Below are positions 18,322 to 27,237 of a stretch of 64,000 nt of DNA, one piece after another. Source of the stretch: Candidatus Hydrogenedentota bacterium (GTDB lineage Bacteria; Hydrogenedentota; Hydrogenedentia; Hydrogenedentales; SLHB01); contig CAXXTH010000017.1 in NCBI GenBank assembly GCA_963668025.2, positions 1,120,001 through 1,184,000 on the forward strand. The letters are read 5' to 3'. The number at the start of each line of letters is the position of its first letter. Positions within the stretch are counted from its first letter, which is position 1. A program made the translations under genes and the position numbers. The notes beneath the pieces were generated by a model. It was given only the letters and a program-made list of their open reading frames with translations, was not told where the DNA came from and did not search any database.

Positions 18322-19254
18322 TCACGCGTGCGGGTGGGTCTCCCGGTACACTTGCTTCAAGCGGTCAATGCTGACATGCGTATAGATCTGCGTGCTCGAT
18401 AGGCTCTCATGGCCCAGCAATTCCTGGACAACCCGGAGATCGGCCCCTGCATCGAGCAGGTGCGTGGCGAAGGTGTGCCGCAAGGTATGGGGCGAAATCT
18501 CATGGCGCGTGGGCAACACTTGGCGGACATACCGTTCGACGATGCGCTGGACGCTGCGCGTCGTGAGGGGGCCGCCCCGGGCGTTGACGAACAAAACCGG
18601 GTGGCTTGGCGCGCTTAGCCAGCCTCGAATGCCCAGATAATCATGGATGGCCGCAACGGCTGGACTGCCCAAATAAGCGATGCGCTCCTTGCGCCTTTTG
18701 CCTAGCACCCGCATGGTTCCGCCATCAAGATCGATATCTCCCAGCTTGAGCCCCGCCAGCTCCGCCGCCCGGATGCCGCTCGAGTAGAGCGTTTCGAGCA
18801 ACGCCCGGTCTCGTTTGCCCAGCGGCGTGGAGGTGTCGGGGGCCTCGATCAGGGCCGTCACTTCGGGAATGCTCAATACATCCGGCAGATTTTTCCCGAG
18901 CTTGGGCGCTTTCACGCTGGCGGCGGGATTCTCGCCAAGGCTCCCGATGCGCGTGAAAAAACGGTAGGCGGCGCGAATGGCGGCCAGTTTGCGGGCCGAG
19001 GTGCGCGGCGTGCCGCCATGGGTCTGCACATGGGCGAGGAAGGCGCGGATGTCGTTGCGCTGCGCCCGCCGCAGCGTATCGAGTGAGGCGGGCGGGCGTT
19101 CTCCTTCTTCACGCTCGAACGCGGCGGGGCCATGGGCGGCATAATCGCAAAACTGATTCAAATCGTTAATATAGGCGCGCAGGGTATGCACCGAATACCC
19201 GCGTTCCCCTTGCAGGTAATCCTCGAACTGCTGTAACACATCGCTGTTCCGCAT
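18322..19254 (-). CDS. xerC: tyrosine recombinase XerC
   Basis: SVHTLRAY, LYSSGIR, GKRRKER, PHTLRHTFATHLL, VQELLGH, TQIYTHV. Confidence 0.88.
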   Translation of the reverse strand: MRNSDVLQQFEDYLQGERGYSVHTLRAYINDLNQFCDYAAHGPAAFEREEGERPPASLDTLRRAQRNDIRAFLAHVQTHGGTPRTSARKLAAIRAAYRFFTRIGSLGENPAASVKAPKLGKNLPDVLSIPEVTALIEAPDTSTPLGKRDRALLETLYSSGIRAAELAGLKLGDIDLDGGTMRVLGKRRKERIAYLGSPAVAAIHDYLGIRGWLSAPSHPVLFVNARGGPLTTRSVQRIVERYVRQVLPTRHEISPHTLRHTFATHLLDAGADLRVVQELLGHESLSSTQIYTHVSIDRLKQVYRETHPHA

Positions 19255-19269
19255 ACGGGCGCACGCCCT

Positions 19270-20328
19270 CTATTTGTACAAGCTGCTGATTTCCACGGCC
19301 TTGCCGGTCCGGGCGGACTTATAAATGGCGTTGGCCACCACTACGCTGTGTTTGGCGCTCGATATGGGGATTAGCGGCTCCCGGTCGTTGCGGACCGCCT
19401 TCACCATATCCTCGAAAATCACCACGTGCCCGGCGAACGACACCGCCATGGGGTCCTTGGCGACGGCGGCGTCGTGCGAGGCGGAACTGAATAAACCCAG
19501 CATGCGCTCGCGCTCTTTTTCCACACCCATCGCATACGATTCCAATACGCTGCCGCGCCGGACAAACGAGCCTTTTGTCCCATACATGTAGATGCGTTGT
19601 TCGCTCTCGGGCACCGCACAAGTAGTCGAGGCGAACGTACCCAGCGCGCCATTTTCGAATTCGAGGGCCGCCGCGGTTTGGTCTTCCGCCTCGATGTGAT
19701 GGTTGTGGATGCCGAAAAATGCCGCCACACGCCTGACCGGTCCGGCAAGCCAAGCGACGAGATCGAGCGTGTGGATGCCCTGGTTCATCAGGCTGCCGCC
19801 GCCATCGAGTTTCCAGGTGCCATGCCACGCCCCATGGGGGCCTTCGTAATAGGCTTGCGCGCGAAACCAGGGCAGATGGCCATGAACGCCGATGAGCTGG
19901 CCCATTTGGCCCTTATCGATGGCCTTCTTGAGCAATACATTGCACGCATCCACGCGGGATTGAAAAATACAGCCGCATTTGAGCCCTGTTTCCGCCACGG
20001 CGTCCTCGAGCAGCTTGATACGCGCGGGCGTGATATCCACGGGCTTCTCGACGACAATATGCTTGCCCGCCCGCAACGCCTCGACGCCCATGGCGGCATG
20101 CTTGCCGCTTTCGACAGCGATGCTGATCACATCAATGCTTGTATCCTTCAGCAATTCCGAATACCGGCTGTATCCTTTACATCCGTGCTGTTTAGAAATG
20201 CACTCCAGGCGCTCTGCGTCATAATCGCATACGGCCGCAAGGCGGGCCCCATTGGCGCGCTCGAGTGCGTTGCAGTGATGGCCTCCCATCCCCAGGCCCA
20301 CGACGGCGAATTGAATATCTTTTGGCAT
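19270..20328 (-). CDS. Gfo/Idh/MocA family oxidoreductase
   Basis: VVGLGMG, GKHIVVEKP, GGGSLMNQGIHTLD. Confidence 0.9.
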   Translation of the reverse strand: MPKDIQFAVVGLGMGGHHCNALERANGARLAAVCDYDAERLECISKQHGCKGYSRYSELLKDTSIDVISIAVESGKHAAMGVEALRAGKHIVVEKPVDITPARIKLLEDAVAETGLKCGCIFQSRVDACNVLLKKAIDKGQMGQLIGVHGHLPWFRAQAYYEGPHGAWHGTWKLDGGGSLMNQGIHTLDLVAWLAGPVRRVAAFFGIHNHHIEAEDQTAAALEFENGALGTFASTTCAVPESEQRIYMYGTKGSFVRRGSVLESYAMGVEKERERMLGLFSSASHDAAVAKDPMAVSFAGHVVIFEDMVKAVRNDREPLIPISSAKHSVVVANAIYKSARTGKAVEISSLYK

Positions 20329-20628
20329 GTTATGCGGCGCTCCCCGGTTCCGGCATACAAAGCATCCTTGCAATATCTCCATATCCCATCCGGTGATTTG
20401 GAGTTTTACAGCTTTACAATAGGGCAACGCAGGTATCTGATCAAGCGCCGTTTATAGTGCTGGATACACCGCGTTACTGTTCCCCTGCACTTCACGCGAA
20501 GAGCGAAGCCGTGTAGAACGCTACGGTTCAAAGCGCGGCATAATCCCATCAACAGAGAACCGGATGGCGGGAGTTTTCATTCATGTCATGTCATGTAATG
20601 AAATGATTCATGTTCGTAACAAACATTA

Positions 20629-20657
20629 TTGACATTTAACGAACACCGGACTATAGT
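20629..20657 (+). promoter_or_regulatory. sigma70 promoter
   Basis: TTGACA-N17-TATAGT 60 bp upstream of the ATG. Confidence 0.65.
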
Positions 20658-20716
20658 CAATCTCGATCAGGCATAACAACAGGCCTTCCACCGGCAACAG
20701 AGGAGGAGTTCGTGCA

Positions 20717-21916
20717 ATGAAACATTGGATTTCCCGTCGTTCTTTCTTGAAGGGCGCCGCTATAGGCGCAGGTGTTGTGGCCGTGGGCGGCAAGGCAATC
20801 GCGGAAAACAAGCCGATACAGGGCTTTGAAGATACGAAAAGCAACACCGATACAAACAAGGCGTGGACGCCGGTGTCGGACCGCAAGATCCGTATGGGGA
20901 TTGTTGGTTTCGGAGTGTGCCAGTTCGGAGCAGCGTTTGAATTGCAAAACCATCCCAACGTGGAAGTCGTTGCCGTCAGCGATCTGATTCCCGAGCGCTG
21001 CCAAGGATTAGCGGCGGCATGCCGTTGCAACAAGACGTATCCTTCCCTCGAAGAACTGGTGAAAGATCCCAGCATCGAAGCGGTATTCGTCGCGACGGAC
21101 GCCGCCAGCCATGCCAAACATTGCATCGATGTATTGAAGCACGGCAAGCATGTGGCCAGCGCGGTGCCCGCTGTATTTGGCTCGCTCGAAGATGCGGACC
21201 GCCTGTACGAAGCGGTCAAATCGTCTGGACTGAATTATATGATGTTCGAGACGTCCTCCTTCCACGATGATTGCTATGCCATGCGCGAGATCTACAATAT
21301 GGGCGGTTTCGGGAAGATGGTATACACCGAGGGTGAATATTTCCATTACATGCCTGAGCCGATTGATTCCTACAAAGGATGGCGCGTGGGTTTGCCGCCC
21401 CAATGGTATCCTACCCATTCCAACGCCTATTACGTAGCCGTCACCGGCGGTAGTTTCACCGAAGTCTCCTGTATGGGCATGCCAAGCATTGTTTCCCATC
21501 TGCAACCAGCCAACAATCCCTACAAGAATTCGTTCGGCACGGAAATCGCCTTGTTCCGCACGAGCGAGGGCGGCATGGCGCGCATGGCGGTCAGTTGGGA
21601 CACGGCAGGCCACGGGGGAGAGATAGGGCGTGTGCGCGGGCAAAAGGGCTCGATGATAAACCTGGCCTATGATGGCATCGAAGACATTTCCAGTGTGAAC
21701 CTAGCCAAACCGCCGCTGCCGCCTACGGTGGCGCCTGGCGGCCATGGCGGAGCGCACGGCTATCTCGGCAATGAATTCGTGATGTCTATCCTGGAGGAAC
21801 GCGCGCCGTTGGTGAACATCGCTTGGGCCTTAAATATGACCGTGGCGGGAATTGTCGCCCACCAGTCCGCGCTGAAGGACGGCAAACTGCTCAAGATCCC
21901 ACAATACAAATTCTAG
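20717..21916 (+). CDS. Tat-exported Gfo/Idh/MocA oxidoreductase (GH109-like)
   Basis: SRRSFLK Tat motif, RMGIVGFG, HVASAVPA, EGEYFH, YPTH, GHGG. Confidence 0.88.
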   Translation: MKHWISRRSFLKGAAIGAGVVAVGGKAIAENKPIQGFEDTKSNTDTNKAWTPVSDRKIRMGIVGFGVCQFGAAFELQNHPNVEVVAVSDLIPERCQGLAAACRCNKTYPSLEELVKDPSIEAVFVATDAASHAKHCIDVLKHGKHVASAVPAVFGSLEDADRLYEAVKSSGLNYMMFETSSFHDDCYAMREIYNMGGFGKMVYTEGEYFHYMPEPIDSYKGWRVGLPPQWYPTHSNAYYVAVTGGSFTEVSCMGMPSIVSHLQPANNPYKNSFGTEIALFRTSEGGMARMAVSWDTAGHGGEIGRVRGQKGSMINLAYDGIEDISSVNLAKPPLPPTVAPGGHGGAHGYLGNEFVMSILEERAPLVNIAWALNMTVAGIVAHQSALKDGKLLKIPQYKF

Positions 21917-22243
21917 AAAAGACATCCGGATCTAGGGCGGAAAGATTCGTCGGGAAGAGTTTGCAGATTTTTAGACCACGGATTATAAAATACCGGAGAA
22001 GAGGGCAGCCATGCCTCGCCTATAAGGTGAGACGTGGCTTGCGCTTTTAAATTTGAGAATCACGCGTACTACTTATATGCAATAACGTCGATTTCTTGAG
22101 AGGATTTCCCTGAGAAACCATTGCATATCAAATAGGTATGCCGGGATTATATAGGCGTGTTCCTTGAGTGGTTGGGCAAGCCCCACCTTGCAAAAATTAG
22201 TGTATTTCGTGAATAGGATTCATAAGGCTTTGCCTTGATCCGG

Positions 22244-22438
22244 TTAGCGGATATCGGCATCGAGCCTGTTCAGCAAGGACAGCAGCCCCTTATCCCGCTT
22301 GAGCATGGTGGCGTATAGTCCATGGGCTAATAGCTTTTCCTCCGCCTCAATAGGTGTCCGGGCCACGACGACGCCGCCGACAAAAGATTTCTCTTTGTCG
22401 TTTTCGACGCGTATCGCTTGATATTCGAATGACGCCAT
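22244..22438 (-). CDS. small hypothetical resembling the PilC/GspF N-terminal segment
   Basis: MASFEYQA...GVVVARTPIEAEEKLLAHGLY pattern. Confidence 0.6.
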   Translation of the reverse strand: MASFEYQAIRVENDKEKSFVGGVVVARTPIEAEEKLLAHGLYATMLKRDKGLLSLLNRLDADIR

Positions 22439-22548
22439 GCCGCTGCCTTTTTCCACTTAACACCTTTTTCGCCCATGCGTAAAAGGATTATACAGCACTT
22501 AACGTAAAAAGTACGAATTTTTTTTACGCAGCATTTTTTGATCATGAA

Positions 22549-23496
22549 TCAGGAAACCGTAAGGCCGAACTCCCCTCTGCGGGCTTGTGCGGCCAATGCT
22601 TGGAGTTGTGGGTAGGCATCTCCCCGGCCAATGGCGACGAGCATGGCCTCGTCATGCGGCCCCTCATCCGGACGCACCGTGAACGCGGCGGGCGACCAAT
22701 CGACATAACGCCAGGCGCCTTCCGAACGGATGAATCCTTTCACGCGGTATAAGGCCTCGCGCAGCGCGCTAAACTCTTTTCTTAATGCCTCGATATCCGT
22801 GTCGCTGGGGAAGCGCAGGGATGCCCGCGCATAATGGGGATCCGCGCATTTGGCATACTCCCCATCGAGTCCGCGAATAGCCCGTTCGCCAAAAAGGTCG
22901 ATGCTCCCCTCCCCAGCGCCTAGGGGCGCTTCGCAAAACCGCGTGCGGAATATGCGCATGCCCGGCCGGATGCGCGTGATCTCGGCTTCGGCGCGCGCCA
23001 GGATTTCCTCGTCGAACAGGTCTGATTTATTCAGCACCACCGCATCGCTCGCTTTCACCTGGGCGATGATATTGGGGAGGGTTTGCACCAGCACGGGGAA
23101 TGTCCCGGGGTCGGTGATGCTCACGATGCAGGAAAGCCGGTAGAGTTCATCCAAGTGGGTCTCGCGCAGCAATTTCTCGATCACGCCAGGATTGGCGACT
23201 CCACTGGCTTCAATGACGACGCCGTCAATGGGCGCGCCATCGCTATGGAAGCGTGCGGGAATGCTGGTCATGGCTTGCACGAACTCCGAGACAAGGCACG
23301 TGCAGAAAATGCTGCCGCCCGGCAATGCGAGGACGCCATCTTGCTGGGTGCTCAGCATTTGGCCGTCTACATCAGCTGGCGAAAATTCGTTGACGAGATA
23401 GATGAGTTTTCTTCCGCGAAAATGGGCGATCACCTGTTGAAGGAAGGTGGTTTTTCCACTGCCGAGAAAGCCGGTGATCAGTGCCGTCGGTATCAT
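22549..23496 (-). CDS. CobW/COG0523 GTPase (metallochaperone)
   Basis: ITGFLGSGKTT, VNEF, GSIFCTC, IEASG, LNKSD, RVKGF. Confidence 0.88.
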   Translation of the reverse strand: MIPTALITGFLGSGKTTFLQQVIAHFRGRKLIYLVNEFSPADVDGQMLSTQQDGVLALPGGSIFCTCLVSEFVQAMTSIPARFHSDGAPIDGVVIEASGVANPGVIEKLLRETHLDELYRLSCIVSITDPGTFPVLVQTLPNIIAQVKASDAVVLNKSDLFDEEILARAEAEITRIRPGMRIFRTRFCEAPLGAGEGSIDLFGERAIRGLDGEYAKCADPHYARASLRFPSDTDIEALRKEFSALREALYRVKGFIRSEGAWRYVDWSPAAFTVRPDEGPHDEAMLVAIGRGDAYPQLQALAAQARRGEFGLTVS

Positions 23497-23754
23497 ATCG
23501 CACCCTCTGCGTTCCTATGCTGGCTTACGCCATGCCCAAGCATACCCGCAAGCATCCAATCGCTCCTGTTTTGGGCAGGTTTCGAGTGTTATATATAGCC
23601 ATCGCCCTCATCGGTTTTCAAAGCGTCGAATGGCCTGCACCTCATGTGTAGCATGGACAGTACTCACAGGTTCCGAAAAGAACCTTCGTTGACCGCTATG
23701 CCTTTTCGCGCTATCATCACTTTGGTGTGGGCCAAACGAGAGGAGAAAACAGCC

Positions 23755-25056
23755 ATGGCCAAGATCTGTTTTCTAGGAGCAGGCAGCACGGTCTTCGCAA
23801 AAAACGTGCTGGGTGATTCGTTATCGGTGGAGAGCCTGAAGGACGCCCAAATTGCTTTGCTGGACATCGACGGCGAACGGTTGCGGGTGTCTTACAAAAT
23901 GCTGCGCAATATCGACCAGACCCTTGGCGCGAATGCCTCCATCGAATCGTTCCTCGCCGGGGATGCGCGCAAGGCCCTTGCAGGCGCGGATTATATCGTC
24001 AACGCCATCCAGGTGGGCGGGTATAAGCCCGCGACAGTCATCGATTTCGAGATCCCGAAGAAGTATGGCCTGCGCCAAACCATCGCCGACACCCTTGGCA
24101 TCGGCGGCATTTTTCGCGGCCTGCGCACCATCCCCGTGATGCTCGAGTATGCCCGCATCATCGAGGAAGTCGCCCCGAATGCCCTGCTCCTGAATTACAC
24201 CAATCCCATGGCCATCCTTACCGGCGCACTGCTCAAAGGCGCTTCCGTACGCACCGTGGGCTTATGCCACAGCGTCCAGTGCTGCGCCAGCGGCCTTTGC
24301 TCGATGCTCGATCTGCCTCAAGACAGCCTTCGGTGGAAAATCGCGGGCATCAACCATCAAGGCTGGCTGCTCGATATTTCCCGCCATGGCGAGGATCTGT
24401 ATCCTGAAATCAAACGCCGCGCGGAACTGCCGGAAAACCGGGATAAAGACACGGTCCGCTTCGAGATCATGAAGCGCTTCGGGTATTACGTCACCGAATC
24501 GAGCGAGCATTCGAGCGAGTATATGCCTTGGTTCATCAAGAGCCACAAACCGCAGCTCATCGAGCAATACCACATACCCCTGGATGAGTATCCGCGCCGA
24601 TGCGTGCAGCAAATCGAAGGCTGGGCCAAAATGGAACAGCAGCTCACCACCGACCAGCCCCTTGTACACAAGCGCGGCCATGAATACGCTTCATATATCT
24701 TCGACGCTATCGAGACCGGCAAGCCCTATACCTTCGGCGGAAATGTGCTCAATAAGGGCCTTATCCCCAATTTGCCTAAAAACTGCTGCGTCGAGGTCAT
24801 GTGCGTCGCCGACCGCAGTGGGGTCACGCCAGCCTATGCGGGCTATCTGCCGCCTCAATGCGCCGCACTGAACCGAACCAACATCAATGTGCAAGAACTC
24901 ACCATTGAAGCGGCGCTCACCCTGCGCCGTGAACATATCTACCAAGCCGCCCTTCTCGATCCGCACACCGCCGCCGAATTGAGTGTGGATGAAATCGTGG
25001 CGTTGTGCGACGAGATGATCGAAGCACATGGCGATTATCTGCCAAAATATAAATAA
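23755..25056 (+). CDS. melA: GH4 alpha-galactosidase/glucosidase
   Basis: GAGSTVF, IPKKYGLRQTIADTLGIGG, NYTNPM, GLCHSVQ, AGINHQ; AGGAG RBS. Confidence 0.92.
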   Translation: MAKICFLGAGSTVFAKNVLGDSLSVESLKDAQIALLDIDGERLRVSYKMLRNIDQTLGANASIESFLAGDARKALAGADYIVNAIQVGGYKPATVIDFEIPKKYGLRQTIADTLGIGGIFRGLRTIPVMLEYARIIEEVAPNALLLNYTNPMAILTGALLKGASVRTVGLCHSVQCCASGLCSMLDLPQDSLRWKIAGINHQGWLLDISRHGEDLYPEIKRRAELPENRDKDTVRFEIMKRFGYYVTESSEHSSEYMPWFIKSHKPQLIEQYHIPLDEYPRRCVQQIEGWAKMEQQLTTDQPLVHKRGHEYASYIFDAIETGKPYTFGGNVLNKGLIPNLPKNCCVEVMCVADRSGVTPAYAGYLPPQCAALNRTNINVQELTIEAALTLRREHIYQAALLDPHTAAELSVDEIVALCDEMIEAHGDYLPKYK

Positions 25057-25063
25057 GGATAAC

Positions 25064-25251
25064 GTAACACTTTAGCCAAGCGGTGAAGAATGACCGGCGA
25101 GGGCGCCGGTCCCACACATGACTTGCTAGAAAAAGTGTGGGACCGACGCCCTCGTCGGTCATCAGATGGAAAATGATGTATCAATACCAGTGCAAGGCAA
25201 TAAACAAGGCTGCCAAATACCAGATGCCGCTTCAGTCGGCTAAAGTGTTAC
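25064..25251. mobile_element. 188-bp MITE-like element with an internal REP-like doublet
   Basis: perfect 14-bp TIR GTAACACTTTAGCC / GGCTAAAGTGTTAC; related copies at 39435-39696, 53675-53961, partial near 50078-50131. Confidence 0.8.
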
Positions 25252-25658
25252 AAGATAATATACTGGGAGCGACTACCGTTATTTGTTCTACTCGACCGTG
25301 GCTGGGTGTCTCGCCCATGCCACGGATGAGAACGCTCTAGGTTTCTATCCGCGCCCATGCCCCAACGCGGTCCGCCTTGCCGATATAAAGATGCTCCGGA
25401 TAATTTCCTTCGGGCCAATACACGGCTCAAGTCAGTATGCAAATATGTAGCAAATGAAGTATGGACGCATAAAGGCCGCTTTCTTTCAGACAAGGATGGG
25501 CAAAACGGAAAGGATTCCCCCGGATATCCTAAACATATATAAAGTAAAATAGCAGGCGATCCAGTAGCACTCATCGATTGGCTCGATTTCTGGGGCAAAG
25601 AAAAAACAGACGACCCGCAAGGATGTCGGTTCCACACTTCTCATTACTATTGGGGATG

Positions 25659-26996
25659 TCATTTTTTGTACCTGTAACTATTACAAAGAACCTCGCATGC
25701 CAAGTTATTCCACTTTATTATGTCTTTTCTTGCATTTTGGCTTGTCAATTGAAGCTCCTCGAACTCCCTCTTTTGACAGTGATAATAGCGTCTGTAGTTT
25801 GCGCCAAGACCCTTAAATGGCACTGGAAACATATTGATCTCACGAATATTAGATGATTTCTGTTCTTTAAGCCATCCAGATGGTGTTGGAAAAAGGCGGT
25901 CATAAAACGTGAATGCTTTACCCAATTGCGAAATAGGAATTCCCGTTTTCTGACTCAATAATAAAAACTCCTGTTCTTCATAGTCTTTGAGGATAAACCC
26001 CCCGAAAACCCAAAGAAACCATTGCCAGAAGATGGGATAAAGATGGAAATATGGTTCTTGCTGTATTTCAGGAATCACTGAGACAAAACTTTCGGGTAAT
26101 AACTTTTCGAAGGGAATCTGGATGCCTTCTTCATCAACAATTCCTCCTATTTTGTCAAACTCATCAGCCTTGTTATATAGGCAATAATCTACCGCTGCCT
26201 TTAGTATTGCGAGGCGAGCTCTGTGTTCCACATACATCGAGATTTGCAGATCTGTATACTTGGCCTCAAAAAAAGTCTTCTTGTATGATTCCTCGGTACA
26301 AATGCTATATTCCTCATCGAAACTCTCGCCATTCCCTTCATGTGAGACTTTTGCCGTTATATGGGGATTTCTGCGAAAAGCAGTATATAGTCTGTCGGCC
26401 TTATCTGTGATTGATGGACAGAAAAATGTACCGTTGTTTACTTCATATAGATATTTATCCAAAGCGACATGTCTTTTGGCAGCCTTATCCCTTTTCTTTC
26501 TCTGTTTAAGCTCTTCAATCAGTGCCTGTTCAAGCCAATATGAATAGCGCCACGTGGCAATATCCCGCGGATCTAGTTCAGAATCTCCGAGATGTGCCTC
26601 TAAAAATTTCTGCGTCAGACTAAGATCGGAAATCGGTACTAGGTCAATACCGAGGTGCTCAGCCACTTTCTCATAAGGCATAAGCTCTTGGGGTGGCTTC
26701 ATAGTAACAAATAATCCCTTCTGGAGATTTAATAAATCCATCCAGCCACGAATTTTGAAGACCTCATTCATTCCCCAGTCGCCAGATTTTACTTCCACTA
26801 ATGTCATTTTATGAAAATCCTGACGATAGTCCGTAATATGAATATCTAACTCAAGAATTTCTGTTTGGGAAAAAGCACCTTCTTTCCGAAGTATAAGGCT
26901 TCTGTCCACATAGAAACCTGCGCTGTTAAAATATGCGGCAATGTATTCCTCAAACTCTTTTCCTTCTGGTATCTCTGGAAGAGTAATGGAAGGCAT
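25659..26996 (-). CDS. hypothetical protein with N-terminal PD-(D/E)xK restriction-endonuclease-like domain
   Basis: GKEFEEYIA...ELDI...LVEVKSG; AT-rich gene. Confidence 0.7.
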   Translation of the reverse strand: MPSITLPEIPEGKEFEEYIAAYFNSAGFYVDRSLILRKEGAFSQTEILELDIHITDYRQDFHKMTLVEVKSGDWGMNEVFKIRGWMDLLNLQKGLFVTMKPPQELMPYEKVAEHLGIDLVPISDLSLTQKFLEAHLGDSELDPRDIATWRYSYWLEQALIEELKQRKKRDKAAKRHVALDKYLYEVNNGTFFCPSITDKADRLYTAFRRNPHITAKVSHEGNGESFDEEYSICTEESYKKTFFEAKYTDLQISMYVEHRARLAILKAAVDYCLYNKADEFDKIGGIVDEEGIQIPFEKLLPESFVSVIPEIQQEPYFHLYPIFWQWFLWVFGGFILKDYEEQEFLLLSQKTGIPISQLGKAFTFYDRLFPTPSGWLKEQKSSNIREINMFPVPFKGLGANYRRYYHCQKREFEELQLTSQNARKDIIKWNNLACEVLCNSYRYKK

Positions 26997-27237
26997 GGCT
27001 GCATATCTCCTTTTGGGAAATCATATAGGGACAGATTATGCTCTACTGCGCCAAGTATAAGATACTGCTACCATAGCAGTTTACGCGCAACTACATATAG
27101 TAGGTCGTTCTGATAAATTAGAGCGAAGCACACGGTTCAGTGTGGAAGGATTCATGGTACACGCCATAATACGCAAACTCCTAGCTTCAAAGCTAATATA
27201 TGTCAAAGCTAATATATAATAAAACCACACAACAACA

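Noticed and set aside
18322-19254. Integron or prophage integrase serving the 5.2-8.9 kb array
   Set aside because: Typical chromosomal XerC length and motifs, no IntI-specific insertion, housekeeping context.
25340-25660. Gene remnant next to the nuclease
   Set aside because: Short broken frames look coding-like but no family could be recognised.
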